64,000 nt of DNA from Gemmatimonadales bacterium (GCA_035501775.1 DATJVM010000034.1:44651-108650); one strand, 5' to 3'. Shown: positions 1 to 9,464, counted from the stretch's first letter. Made by a program: numbers and translations. The notes: generated by a model not told the origin, from the sequence alone.

Positions 1-560
1 CGCCTCCTCCCAAAGGCAAGGTGGACAACGCGCTCGCCCCGCGGCGGCTGCTGGCGCTCACCGTGCAGCTCACCGCGGTGTTGCTGGTCGGCATTCCTCT
101 CGCCGTCGCGACTCTTCCGTTAATCCCCGGGTTCGGCGGCCTGCTCGTGCTGGCAGGGGTGCTGGCACTTCTCGGGACTGGCTTCTGGCGGCGCGCCCAG
201 GACCTCGAGGGGCACTTTCGCGCTGGTGCCGAGGTTGTAGTCTCGGCGCTGGCCAAGCAGTCGAGTGGCGAGCAGCCGAGCGTCGAGTTGGCGAGACGGC
301 TCCTTCCGGGCCTCGGCGACTTCACCGCGCTTCGCGTCGCTTCCGGCAGCGAGGCAGACGGCGAAACCCTTGGTGACCTCAACCTGCGGGGCCGCACCGG
401 CGCCACCGTGGTCGCGATGCTTCACGGGAATCGGCGAACCCCTTTCCCGGAAGCTCATGAGCGCCTGGCAGGCGGCGACCTGCTTGCCCTGACAGGATCG
501 CACGACGCGATCGAGGCCGCCTCGGAGATAGTCGGGAATCCCAAGCCGTCAGCTTCGTGA
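1..560 (+). CDS. C-terminal part of a membrane transporter with a cytoplasmic RCK/TrkA-C-like domain (5' end probably outside window)
   Basis: The reading frame is open to the window edge (track ORF 21..560). Hydrophobic helices (LLVGIPLAVATLPLIPGFGGLLVLAGVLALLG) are followed by a TrkA-C-like segment (GETLGDLNLRGRTGATVVAMLHGNR...GDLLALTGSHDAIEAA). Confidence 0.6.
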   Translation, partial: PPPKGKVDNALAPRRLLALTVQLTAVLLVGIPLAVATLPLIPGFGGLLVLAGVLALLGTGFWRRAQDLEGHFRAGAEVVVSALAKQSSGEQPSVELARRLLPGLGDFTALRVASGSEADGETLGDLNLRGRTGATVVAMLHGNRRTPFPEAHERLAGGDLLALTGSHDAIEAASEIVGNPKPSAS

Positions 561-890
561 GGCGGAGTTAGTGATGCAGGACACAGAGCCAGTCTGTCCC
601 ACGGAGCAGGACAGAGTGACCCTGAGGGCGCGCCGATGGATTACAAACTGTTCACGCGCCGTTGGCCGCGCGCTGGCAAGCGGTGCCCACGGGCTCGACC
701 TTCCGTGAGGCAACTCATCATCATCGCCGCACTTCCCGCGCGGCTCGATAGCGGATGGCTTGGGTATGAGGTCGCGTTCCGGGGGTTGGTACAGTAGCTG
801 CACTGCGCGCGGTTGGCGCCGGAACGTTTCCGGTACTGCCGAGCGAGCGCCGCCTCGCCCGGTTGAAGAACCTCTCATGGAGAAGCCAGC

Positions 891-1145
891 ATGTCCCGTT
901 CCCTGACCGCTGCCGCCCTCGCTCTCGCCCTGTCGACGACCGCGTTGGCCGCCCAGCAGCAGCCTACCGCGACGGTGAAGAAGGATTCCACCGCTGCCAA
1001 GGCCGCCGTAACGACCACGGCCAAGACCGCCAAGCACAAGGCGACCACGACGGCCCACAAGGCCAGCACCTCCACCCGGAAGCACGTGGCCTCGACCAAG
1101 AAGGCGATGACGGCGAAGAAGGACAGCACCACCACCAAGCCATAA
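891..1145 (+). CDS. small secreted Lys/Thr/Ala-rich low-complexity protein
   Basis: Sec-type signal peptide (MSRSLTAAALALALSTTALAAQQ), then a basic T/K/A-rich tail with KKDST at both ends. A hairpin terminator follows. Confidence 0.45.
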   Translation: MSRSLTAAALALALSTTALAAQQQPTATVKKDSTAAKAAVTTTAKTAKHKATTTAHKASTSTRKHVASTKKAMTAKKDSTTTKP

Positions 1146-1162
1146 CTCGGCTTCGGCAATCG

Positions 1163-1196
1163 AAGAGCCCTGGCACCTTGTGGTGTCAGGGCTCTT
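1163..1196. terminator. hairpin between convergent genes (possible bidirectional terminator)
   Basis: AAGAGCCCTG (1163-1172) pairs with CAGGGCTCTT (1187-1196) and TT follows. The 3' arm overlaps the stop of the minus-strand gene 1186..1866. Confidence 0.45.
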
Positions 1197-1866
1197 TCGC
1201 GTGCCAGGCCCCGGCGAGCCGGATCTCCGGAACCTCGAGAACCCGCACTCCGTCCGCCGGCTGCTCGATCGCGAAAACCAGGGCCCGAAGCATCTGACCG
1301 ATCGTCACCAGGCCGACTCGGCGGGCACCATCCCGAGTCGCAGGGACCGCCGAGGCCACCCAGTAGATGGGCGACAGAATGATCGGCCACCAGTGACCGG
1401 GTCCGAGTACGTACCAGGGCCGGAGGATCGTCGTCGCGAGGCCGCTTTCCCGAACCAGGGCCTCACCCCGGACCCGCGCGGCTTGGTAGGCGTGCATCAC
1501 GGGCGCGGGGTGCGCGACGCTGACGTAGACGAAGTGCCGCACGCCGGCCGTGACCGCCGAGGGAACCGCCGCGGCCACCGAGGCAAGGTCCACACTGAGA
1601 AACTGCTGCGCCTTGGCCGGACTCGGCCGCGCCACTCCGACGAGGTGCACGAAGGTATCGGCTGGCGCGATCTGACTTGCGTAGCTCACGCCATGCAGAG
1701 CGTCCCCGATCACGGCCTCGGTGCCCTTCGGGAGGCGATGCTCGGCTCCCGGGCGGACCAGACCCCGAACCCGATGGCCTCGGGCCAGGAGCCGGTGGGT
1801 GAGACGGCGTCCGAGGTAGCCCGTTGCGCCCGTTATGAAAATGTGGCGCCCGTGCGCCTCCGTCAC
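1186..1866 (-). CDS. NAD(P)-binding SDR/NmrA-like oxidoreductase
   Basis: N-terminal Rossmann motif IFITGATGYLGRRL; length 226 aa; 4-nt overlap with the upstream xdhC-like gene. Confidence 0.8.
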   Translation of the reverse strand: MTEAHGRHIFITGATGYLGRRLTHRLLARGHRVRGLVRPGAEHRLPKGTEAVIGDALHGVSYASQIAPADTFVHLVGVARPSPAKAQQFLSVDLASVAAAVPSAVTAGVRHFVYVSVAHPAPVMHAYQAARVRGEALVRESGLATTILRPWYVLGPGHWWPIILSPIYWVASAVPATRDGARRVGLVTIGQMLRALVFAIEQPADGVRVLEVPEIRLAGAWHAKEP

Positions 1867-3005
1867 GGCGCTCCGGACTCGTGACTCACGGCGGTGGCCG
1901 CTCTCGCCCCTTCCCCCGACCGGCCGTAGCGCACCTGCGTGATCTCGGCCATGATGGCGAGTGCCGTCTCCGCGGGACTCCGACCGCCCAGGTCGAGCCC
2001 GATCGGGCCGTGCAGGCGATCCAGGTCCCGAGGGGTGAAGCCCGAGTCGAGGAGCCGCTGTCGTCGTGCCCCTTGGGTCTTCCGCGACCCGATGGCCCCG
2101 ATGTACGGGGCTGGCGAGCGCAAGGCCAGATCAAGCGCCGGCTCATCGAACTTGGGATCATGGGAGAGGACGCAGACATACGTCGCGCGATCGAGCCCGA
2201 GCCTCGCGGCGGCCTGGTCCGGCCAGGCGACGATCAGGTCGTCAACGTCCGGGAACCGCTCGCGCGTGGCGAATGCCTCGCGCCCGTCCACCACGACGGT
2301 GCGGTACCCCAGCGAGCGTGCCAGAGGGACCAGCGCCATCGCGATGTGCACGCCGCCGAAGATGACCAGCCTGGGCGGACGCGGGAAGAGTTCCACAAAG
2401 ACGGAGAGCACCTCGCCATCGTGGGTGATCTCGACCGTGCGACTGGCTTCCTTCCCGAAGGCCTCCATCGCCGCATCGCGCACGGCCTCTCCGACCCACC
2501 GATCCTCCGGCGCGGCCTCGATGGTGCCATCGTCATGAATCGTGACCGAGCGGCCCAGCTGGGGGCCGCTCGGATCGGCAGCGCCGATGATCGTCGCCAC
2601 CAGCACACCCCCCGCGCCGGCGGCAGCCGCCCGGACCCGGTCGCTCACCCGCGGCTCCACGAAGACTTTGATGGTGCCGCCGCAGGCGAGCCCCACCTCC
2701 CAGGCCCGTTCGTGGCTCACGCCGTAGGTCACGAGTCGCGGCGATCCGCGTATGATCGCCGCGGCGATCTCCTGCGCCGTGGCGCTCTCGACGCAGCCGC
2801 CGGAGACCGACCCGGCAATCCGGCCGTCGTCCGTGGCCAGGAGCCAGGCGCCCTCGGGTCGCGGCGCCGATCCCCAGACGCTCGTGACCACGGCTCGGCC
2901 GGTGGGCCGTCCGGTTCCCTCCAGGACCGTGAGTTCGGCGAGCAGATCGTGCATGGCGTCTTCCTTCGTCATAGGATACCGTTCCCCTCGCCGCGGGGAA
3001 AGCAC
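1863..3005 (-). CDS. xdhC: XdhC/CoxI-family Mo-hydroxylase maturation factor
   Basis: N-terminal XdhC_CoxI-like segment (VVTSVWGSAPRPEGAWLL, SGGCVES) and a C-terminal Rossmann-like half (LVIFGGVHIAMALVPLA). Confidence 0.85.
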   Translation of the reverse strand: MLSPRRGERYPMTKEDAMHDLLAELTVLEGTGRPTGRAVVTSVWGSAPRPEGAWLLATDDGRIAGSVSGGCVESATAQEIAAAIIRGSPRLVTYGVSHERAWEVGLACGGTIKVFVEPRVSDRVRAAAAGAGGVLVATIIGAADPSGPQLGRSVTIHDDGTIEAAPEDRWVGEAVRDAAMEAFGKEASRTVEITHDGEVLSVFVELFPRPPRLVIFGGVHIAMALVPLARSLGYRTVVVDGREAFATRERFPDVDDLIVAWPDQAAARLGLDRATYVCVLSHDPKFDEPALDLALRSPAPYIGAIGSRKTQGARRQRLLDSGFTPRDLDRLHGPIGLDLGGRSPAETALAIMAEITQVRYGRSGEGARAATAVSHESGAP

Positions 3006-3080
3006 CCATTAGCTTTGATCCTCGAGCATTGCCGTAAACCGTTCCCAACCTGGCTGAGACGGAAAGGGGCCTCGCTGCAC

Positions 3081-4364
3081 GTGCCGGAGACGAACGAGCG
3101 GGACGCGCGGATCAGCCGGGCCGTCGACGCCGCCCGCGGGCGGACTGTCGAACTTTTGCAAGCCTTCGTGGGAGCGCGGTCGGTCACAGGAGACGAGGCG
3201 GCAATGGCCGCGCGGGTCGCGACCGGCTTTCGGGATACCGGCCTTGAAGTGGACACCTGGTCGGCCACCAGGGAGGAGATGCTTCCCTACCTGGAGCACG
3301 TGGGCGAGCAGGGCCGGTATGACGGACGCCCCAACGTAGCCGGCCGCCGGGCCGGGGTCGGGGGCGCGGGTGCTCGCTCGATTCTGCTGAATGCCCACAT
3401 CGATACGGTGCCGGAAGGGGATCACACCCTCTGGACCCAGCCCCCCTTCGGCGGCACGCTGGTCGATGGCCGGGTTTATGGTCGCGGCAGCTGCGACATG
3501 AAGGGTGGATTGGTCACCCACTTGGCCGCCCTCCGGGCCCTGGCCGACTGCGGCATACAGTTGAAGGGTGACGTCATCGTCTGCGGCACGGTCGGCGAGG
3601 AAGATGGCGGGCTCGGGGCGCTGTCGACGGTGCTCCGCGGCTATCGTGCCGATGCGGCCCTGGTAACCGAGCCTACGCGTCTCGCATTGGTGACTGCCTG
3701 CGAAGGCTCACTAGTCTTCCGGATGACCATCACCGGGCGGTCGGCCCACGCCGCGACGCGGAACGAGGGCGTGTCGGCGCTGGAGAAGTTCGTGCCGCTC
3801 TTCAACGATCTCCTGGCCTTCGAGCGCGAGCGCAACCTGACGCTGAGCCACCCGCTGTACGCGGGGTTTGTCAACAAGGCCCCGGTGAATGTCGGAGTGG
3901 TGCGGGCCGGGAACTGGGCCTCCACCGTGCCGGAGCAGCTGGAAGCGGAGGTCCGCGTGGGGCTCCTTCCCGGGGAGGACCTGGAGCCATTCAAGCAGGT
4001 CGTGATCGATCGGATCATGGCGGCGGCGGGGCGGGACAAGTGGCTCCGCGCGCATCCACCGGTGATCTCGTTTTTCGGCGGCCAGTTCATCGCCGCCGAG
4101 ACGCCCGCAGACGATCCGTTCTGTATGGCGGTACGGGCCGCGCATGAGCGAGTCACCGGCGCGCCCGCCACGACCGAGGCCGTGACCTACGGTGCGGACA
4201 TGCGGCACTTCATCGCCTTCGGCAAGATGCCCTGCGTCATGTACGGAGCCGGGGACATCCGCCTCGCTCACGCGCCCGACGAGTATATCGAGGTCGACGA
4301 GTTGCTGACCGCCGTGAAAGTGGTCGCCACCCTGTTGGCGGACTGGTGCGGTGTAACAGGCTGA
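3081..4364 (+). CDS. M20-family metallopeptidase (ArgE/DapE-like deacylase)
   Basis: Motifs LLNAHIDTVPEGD, GRGSCDMKGG and GEEDGGLG. In-frame GTG at 3081. The upstream 400 codons of track ORF 1881..4364 are antisense to xdhC. Confidence 0.85.
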   Translation: MPETNERDARISRAVDAARGRTVELLQAFVGARSVTGDEAAMAARVATGFRDTGLEVDTWSATREEMLPYLEHVGEQGRYDGRPNVAGRRAGVGGAGARSILLNAHIDTVPEGDHTLWTQPPFGGTLVDGRVYGRGSCDMKGGLVTHLAALRALADCGIQLKGDVIVCGTVGEEDGGLGALSTVLRGYRADAALVTEPTRLALVTACEGSLVFRMTITGRSAHAATRNEGVSALEKFVPLFNDLLAFERERNLTLSHPLYAGFVNKAPVNVGVVRAGNWASTVPEQLEAEVRVGLLPGEDLEPFKQVVIDRIMAAAGRDKWLRAHPPVISFFGGQFIAAETPADDPFCMAVRAAHERVTGAPATTEAVTYGADMRHFIAFGKMPCVMYGAGDIRLAHAPDEYIEVDELLTAVKVVATLLADWCGVTG

Positions 4365-4375
4365 GCCAGCTTCGG

Positions 4376-4408
4376 CCCTCTCACCTCTCACCTCTCACCT
4401 CTCACCGC
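4376..4408. repeat. heptamer array, H1 module (TCACCTC x3 + TCACCGC)
   Basis: Read directly from the sequence. It lies between convergent genes, and the coxE stop codon (4402-4404) is inside the last unit. Confidence 0.9.
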
Positions 4409-5559
4409 CGTTCTCCCGCCCTCCCCAGCACCTCACCCAGCCTCTCGAGCGACGCCACGTTAGCGCAGGGAAGAAACTCATCCACATGGGGGAGCGCGGC
4501 GCGAAGCCCCAGAGTCGACGGCTCGAATCCCTCGTGTCCGGCGAAGGGGTCGAGCCAGAGGAGGCGGTGACAGGAGCGGTGCAGGCGGACCATCTCGCGG
4601 GAGAGCAGCTCGGGGTCACCGCGCTCCCACCCATCCGACACGAGGAGCACGATCGCTCCCCCCCGCAGGGTGCGCCGGACCCACCGCTGATTGAACTCAC
4701 GCAGGCTTTCGCCGATGCGTGTGCCTCCGCTCCAGTCCACCACCGCATGCGCGACACGTCGCAGAGCCTCCTCGGCGCTGCGACGCCGGAGCTGGCGCGT
4801 GATTCGCGTGAGTCGCGTGCCGAATACAAAGACCTCGAGCGGGGCGCCCGAGCGGGCCAAGGTATGGGCAAAGCGGAGCAGGAACCGGCTGTAGCGCTCC
4901 ATGGAGCCGCTGATGTCGCAGATCACCGTGATCGGCCGCGGGCGCTGGCGCCGCCTGAGCCAGGACCAGACCAGCGGCTGGCCGCCGGTCGCCAGCGATC
5001 GGCGGAGCAGCCTGCGCATGGCGGGTCGAGGCCCGCTCCGTCTCACGACGCCGCGCCGCGCTGGCCGCATGGGAAGGCGAGGGCGGAGCGCCGCCAGCAT
5101 CCGGAGGGCGTCGACTTCTTCGGAGGCGCTCAGGCTTCCGAAATCGGCCTGCCGCAGTACCTCGGTAAGCGAGGCTGACCCTCGCACAACAGTGGTAAGG
5201 GGCTCGCTCCGCTCCGCTTCACCAGCCATCGCCTCTGAGAGATCGAGCCCACCCGTCAGGCGCTCGTGCTGCCGGATCCTGGGCAGCCGCGTCGCGAGCT
5301 GTGATGGCGGCATGTGGCGGCGCCAGAAAAGCGCAAAGGCCTCGTCAAAGGCCGCCTGGTCCTCCCGCCGCCGCACGAAGATCGCCCGACCGGCGGCCCG
5401 AACGTCGGCCTTTCGAGCGACGCCCACCAGCGTGAGGGCCAGGGTGAAGGTCCGGGTCTGGTCCGGATCAACCATGAGCCCGGCCCGGCGGAGCAGCCGC
5501 CCGAACTGCACACAATTGGCCGCGAGGGCCCGACCGTCTACCTCCACAATCTCGGTCAC
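4402..5559 (-). CDS. coxE: VWA-domain CoxE-like protein
   Basis: MIDAS-like VICDISGSMERYS. GTG at 5559 overlaps the coxD stop (GTGA), so the longer track ORF to 5865 is unlikely. Confidence 0.85.
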   Translation of the reverse strand: MTEIVEVDGRALAANCVQFGRLLRRAGLMVDPDQTRTFTLALTLVGVARKADVRAAGRAIFVRRREDQAAFDEAFALFWRRHMPPSQLATRLPRIRQHERLTGGLDLSEAMAGEAERSEPLTTVVRGSASLTEVLRQADFGSLSASEEVDALRMLAALRPRLPMRPARRGVVRRSGPRPAMRRLLRRSLATGGQPLVWSWLRRRQRPRPITVICDISGSMERYSRFLLRFAHTLARSGAPLEVFVFGTRLTRITRQLRRRSAEEALRRVAHAVVDWSGGTRIGESLREFNQRWVRRTLRGGAIVLLVSDGWERGDPELLSREMVRLHRSCHRLLWLDPFAGHEGFEPSTLGLRAALPHVDEFLPCANVASLERLGEVLGRAGERR

Positions 5560-6443
5560 CTCGCCAGCACCTCCGCGAGGAGGGTACGGGCGCCGCCGTT
5601 CTTCATTGCGGCCACGTCTTCCTGGTACTTGAGCAGGACTCCGAGTGTTTCTTCCACCTGTCCGGACTCGAGGTGGCTGGCGCCCAAGGCCGTGAGGGCC
5701 GCGGCCCAATCGAGCGTCTCGGCGACCCCCGGGACCTTGGTCAGGTCCGCCTGACGCAGCCCCTGCACAAACCGAACGACCTCGCGCGCCAGTCGCTCGT
5801 CGATTCCCGGCTGCCGCGCGAAAAGAATCGCCAGCTCCCGTTCCGCCGTCGGGTAGTCGATCCACTGGTAGAGGCAGCGGCGCTTGAGAGCATCATGGAT
5901 CTCGCGGGTGCGGTTGGAGGTCAGAATCACCCGGGGGGGCCGCGTGGCCCGCAGGGTTCCGATTTCGGGAACTGTCACGGCGAAATCGCTCAGGAGCTCG
6001 AGGAGGAAGGCCTCGAATTCCTCATCCGCACGATCCACCTCGTCGATCAGAAGGACCCGCGGTTCCCCTTCGCCCCCTTCGATGGCCCGGAGCAGCGGGC
6101 GGCGGATCAGGAACTCCTCGCCGAAGATGTCCTTCGTCGCCGCGGTCCTGGCCTCACCCCGCGCTTCGAGGAGCCGGATCTCGAGCATCTGGCGGGGATA
6201 ATCCCATTCGTATACGGCCGTGTTGACGTCGATGCCTTCGTAACACTGGAGGCGGATGAGCTCGGCCCCGAGCACGCGCGCAAGGACCCGGGCCACCTCC
6301 GTCTTGCCGACGCCGGCCTCCCCCTCCAGGAGGAGCGGTCTCTCCAGGGTGAGCATTAGGAACACGGCCGTCGCCAGCTCCCGATCGGCGACGTACCGCT
6401 CGGCCTGCATACGGGCCTGAATCTGGTCGATGGTCAGCGTCAT
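5556..6443 (-). CDS. coxD: MoxR-type AAA+ ATPase (CoxD-like)
   Basis: Walker A GEAGVGKTE and Walker B LLIDEVDRA; ATGA overlap with the upstream gene. Confidence 0.9.
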   Translation of the reverse strand: MTLTIDQIQARMQAERYVADRELATAVFLMLTLERPLLLEGEAGVGKTEVARVLARVLGAELIRLQCYEGIDVNTAVYEWDYPRQMLEIRLLEARGEARTAATKDIFGEEFLIRRPLLRAIEGGEGEPRVLLIDEVDRADEEFEAFLLELLSDFAVTVPEIGTLRATRPPRVILTSNRTREIHDALKRRCLYQWIDYPTAERELAILFARQPGIDERLAREVVRFVQGLRQADLTKVPGVAETLDWAAALTALGASHLESGQVEETLGVLLKYQEDVAAMKNGGARTLLAEVLAR

Positions 6444-7528
6444 GAATGCGTTCCCGCCACCGGGGGGGCCTCGAGATCCTTCGCGTACGCCGGAAACCGA
6501 AACCGCATCTCCTTCCCCAGCAGTCCTCCATGTCCCAGGTCGGCGAGCGTGTCGGCGGTGACCTGCTCACCGGTGAGGAGTCGAGGGAGAACCAGGTCCG
6601 CGGCCGTCGCCATACTGAACATTCCGCACTGTGGCAGGCCGAGCAAAGTGGTGGCCTCGAGGGATGCGAGCCAGATCATCGAGCCGGGATGGGCCGGCAC
6701 CCCCCGCCGAAGCAGCCGACCTCCCAGCCTGGCCAGTGCCTCATAGAGCGGCGAGAGAGGATCGCCCGCGGAGACGCCGCCGACCAGAAGGATGGGCACC
6801 CGCCGATCAAGCGCCAGCTCCCGGAGCACCCGCTCCAGGCGTCGGCTGGCTTGAGCGGGGTCCCGTTCCGCGACGTTCACCGTCCCCTCGAACCGACCAC
6901 CGAGAGATAGCACCTTGGTTCTGGCGGCGCGATCGAAGCGCTCGAGACCCTCCGGGGGGAGCGATTCCGCAGCGATTGCGATGATCTCGAGGGGGAGGTA
7001 CGGATCGACATTGAGGAGCGGGCGGTCGGCTTGGGCCACCGCTTCGCCCGCCTCCACCGCCGCGCCCGGAACCAGATGCGGCGCCACCTTGACGCTGCCC
7101 ACGGTCTGGCCCGCCCGTACCGCCTGTCCATGGAAGAGGGTGAAGATCTCGAGCGGGTCGATACGGTTGACGAGGCCGAGCCGGTCGACCTTGACCCGCA
7201 GCACCCCGTCGCTGCGGGCCGTCAGATCCACGCGGCTCTGGGCCGGGGTGCCGATCGCGATCCCCGGACCGGACACCGCGGAGGCCAGGCGCAGCGCCGC
7301 ATCATCCTCGTGCAGGTCGCCGGGATCGGGCCATCCAAGTCGCAGCGGGGCGACGAGCAGCCCCCGCCCAGCCGCCTCCCGGAGGGTTCGCGCCAAGGCC
7401 GCATCGACCCGCGTCCCCTTCTGGATCGTGCTGTCGCCGACGTGGGCCGGGGCGAGCATCACCGCGCCGAGCAACGGCTCGGCTGGTCCGGAGATGATCT
7501 CCTCCACCGGCACCCGCCTGAAATGCAT
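6440..7528 (-). CDS. molybdopterin-binding (MoCF-biosynthesis/MoeA-CinA-like) domain protein
   Basis: The C-terminal half (ILLVGGVSAGDPLSPLYEALARLGG...GVPAHPGSMIWL) resembles MoCF_biosynth folds, and the gene is translationally coupled to coxD. The family assignment is tentative. Confidence 0.55.
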   Translation of the reverse strand: MHFRRVPVEEIISGPAEPLLGAVMLAPAHVGDSTIQKGTRVDAALARTLREAAGRGLLVAPLRLGWPDPGDLHEDDAALRLASAVSGPGIAIGTPAQSRVDLTARSDGVLRVKVDRLGLVNRIDPLEIFTLFHGQAVRAGQTVGSVKVAPHLVPGAAVEAGEAVAQADRPLLNVDPYLPLEIIAIAAESLPPEGLERFDRAARTKVLSLGGRFEGTVNVAERDPAQASRRLERVLRELALDRRVPILLVGGVSAGDPLSPLYEALARLGGRLLRRGVPAHPGSMIWLASLEATTLLGLPQCGMFSMATAADLVLPRLLTGEQVTADTLADLGHGGLLGKEMRFRFPAYAKDLEAPPVAGTHS

Positions 7529-7553
7529 GGCCGCTCTCCAGGGAGTTCACGGC

Positions 7554-9419
7554 CTAGTTTATCCCCGGCGAGCCGTCCACGGCTACCTCCGCGTACAATG
7601 CCTCGATGGCCCCCCTGAAGTGCTGCTCGACCAGTCGCCGCCGGACCTTGAACGTCGGCGTCAGCAGCCCCGCGTCCACGGTGAGCTCCTCGCTGAGGAG
7701 CGCCAATCGCTTGGGGCGCTCGAACTGGGCCAGGTGCTGCAGCCGCCCGAGGGTCTCCTGTTCCATGAGCCGGCGGACCGTTGCTGTCGCGAGCAGACGC
7801 GTCCGATCCGCGACGTGGATGCCGTGCTCAGCGGCCCAAGCCTGCAGCCTCGTGAAATCCGGGACGACCAGAAGCGCCGGATAGGGACGCCGATCACCCA
7901 CCAGAATCGCCTGGGCTACGAACGGCGACAGCTGTGTCTGTCCCTCGATGGGCTGGGGGGCGACCTTCTTCCCCCCGGCGGTGATGATCAGCTCCTTGAT
8001 GCGATCGGTGATCTTGAGATAGCCGTCCGCGTCGATTGCTCCCACATCGCCGGTATGCAGCCATCCTTCCGGGTCGATCGCCGCCCGCGTCGCATCGGGG
8101 TTGTTCCAGTAACCCTGCATGATTGATGGACTCCGGGCGAGAACTTCGTTCTCCGGGCCCAGCCGCAACTCCACTCCCGGGTACGGAGTGCCGACGGTGC
8201 CGAGCCGCCAGCGGTCGGGCCGGTTGGCCGCGAGGACCGGCGAGCTCTCGGTCAGCCCATAGCCCTCGTACAGGGGAATGCCTGCACCGAGGAAGAACCG
8301 CCCGACCACCGGTGACAGTGGTGCCCCGCCGCAGATCATGGTTTCCAGCCGACCACCCAATTGGCGGCGGATCTTCCGGAAGACGAGCAGGTCCGCGAGC
8401 CGATGGCGCATGGCCAGCCAACGGGATGGCCGCTCACCGCGACCCCGTTGATCGGTCACCGCCCCGCCTACTCGGGCTGCCCAGGTGACCAGTCTCCCCT
8501 TGAGTCCGGTCGTGCCCATGACCTTGCCATAGACTTTGTCGAACAGCCGCGGCACGGCGATCATGATCTGGGGGCGGACTTCCAGCAGATTGGCCGGGAC
8601 CGCCGTGATCGATTCGGCATAGGCGATGGTGACGCCATTGTCCCAGTAGTAGTAATCGCCGGCGCGTTCCAGCACGTGAGACAGGGGCAGCAGCGACAAT
8701 GCGACCATGCCCGGGCGGGTGGAGAGGGAACCGTGCTGCCGGGACGCCGCCACCATGGCTGCCAGGTTCTGGTGGCTGAGCATCGCTCCCTTGGGGGTCC
8801 CGGTCGTGCCGGAGGTATAGATGATCGTTGCGATACTTTCGGCCGCGATGCCATAGGCCTTTTTGCGCAGCTCCCGGATCCACCCGCCGTCAGAGCTCGC
8901 CGCATCGTCGAGCTGATGCTCCAGGGACTCGACCCCCTCCCCTTGCGCCGCCCGGTCGAACACAACCACCCGTTCGAGGGCCGGCGCCCGCGCCTGAATC
9001 ATCCGGATCTTCTGCAGTTGCGCCGCCGTCGAGACGAAGACCAGGCGGGCACCGGCATCCCGCAAGATGAACTCAACCTGATTGGGAGGTAGCGTTGGGT
9101 AGATCGGCACGACGATGAGCCCAAGCGCCAGGGCCGCGTAATCGACAAAGGCCCACTCGGGGCGATTCTCCGAGAGGATTGCGACCCGGTCGCCGGGGGT
9201 GAGCCCGCTGTCCCGGAGCAGCTGCGCCGTGTGTCCGACCCGCAACTCGACCTCGCGATAGGTGAGGCTCTTCCAGACGCCGTCGCGCTTGTACCGGAGC
9301 GCCTCCCCCGGGCCGAATCGGTCGATGGCTTCGAAGAAGATCTGATTCAGGGTGCGGCGGTCGTAGGGCGCCAGAGGTACGAGCGGGACGATCGGGGCGG
9401 GAGCAGTCGCGGTAGTCAC
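7554..9419 (-). CDS. fadD: long-chain fatty-acid--CoA ligase (AMP-dependent synthetase)
   Basis: AMP-binding motif IIYTSGTTGTPKGAML, plus YGLTE and GWLHTGD motifs; 621 aa. Confidence 0.9.
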   Translation of the reverse strand: MTTATAPAPIVPLVPLAPYDRRTLNQIFFEAIDRFGPGEALRYKRDGVWKSLTYREVELRVGHTAQLLRDSGLTPGDRVAILSENRPEWAFVDYAALALGLIVVPIYPTLPPNQVEFILRDAGARLVFVSTAAQLQKIRMIQARAPALERVVVFDRAAQGEGVESLEHQLDDAASSDGGWIRELRKKAYGIAAESIATIIYTSGTTGTPKGAMLSHQNLAAMVAASRQHGSLSTRPGMVALSLLPLSHVLERAGDYYYWDNGVTIAYAESITAVPANLLEVRPQIMIAVPRLFDKVYGKVMGTTGLKGRLVTWAARVGGAVTDQRGRGERPSRWLAMRHRLADLLVFRKIRRQLGGRLETMICGGAPLSPVVGRFFLGAGIPLYEGYGLTESSPVLAANRPDRWRLGTVGTPYPGVELRLGPENEVLARSPSIMQGYWNNPDATRAAIDPEGWLHTGDVGAIDADGYLKITDRIKELIITAGGKKVAPQPIEGQTQLSPFVAQAILVGDRRPYPALLVVPDFTRLQAWAAEHGIHVADRTRLLATATVRRLMEQETLGRLQHLAQFERPKRLALLSEELTVDAGLLTPTFKVRRRLVEQHFRGAIEALYAEVAVDGSPGIN

Positions 9420-9464
9420 AGGAACCGGCCTTGAGCAGCTTGGGCAATACTAGGATCGAGCGTC

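Noticed and set aside
549-1085. A 178-aa minus-strand ORF spanning the 330-bp gap and the start of the small secreted protein gene.
   Set aside because: It is extremely Gly/Arg-rich (GGLGRGRYGGLGSGG...), has no motifs and overlaps a plus-strand ORF that has a clear signal peptide. It is judged non-coding.
1881-3080. The first roughly 400 codons of the 827-aa plus-strand ORF 1881..4364.
   Set aside because: This part is antisense to the well-supported xdhC-like gene. It is Arg/Pro/Gly-rich with no motifs, and the M20 peptidase homology begins only near GTG 3081. It is a typical GC-rich mirror-frame artefact.
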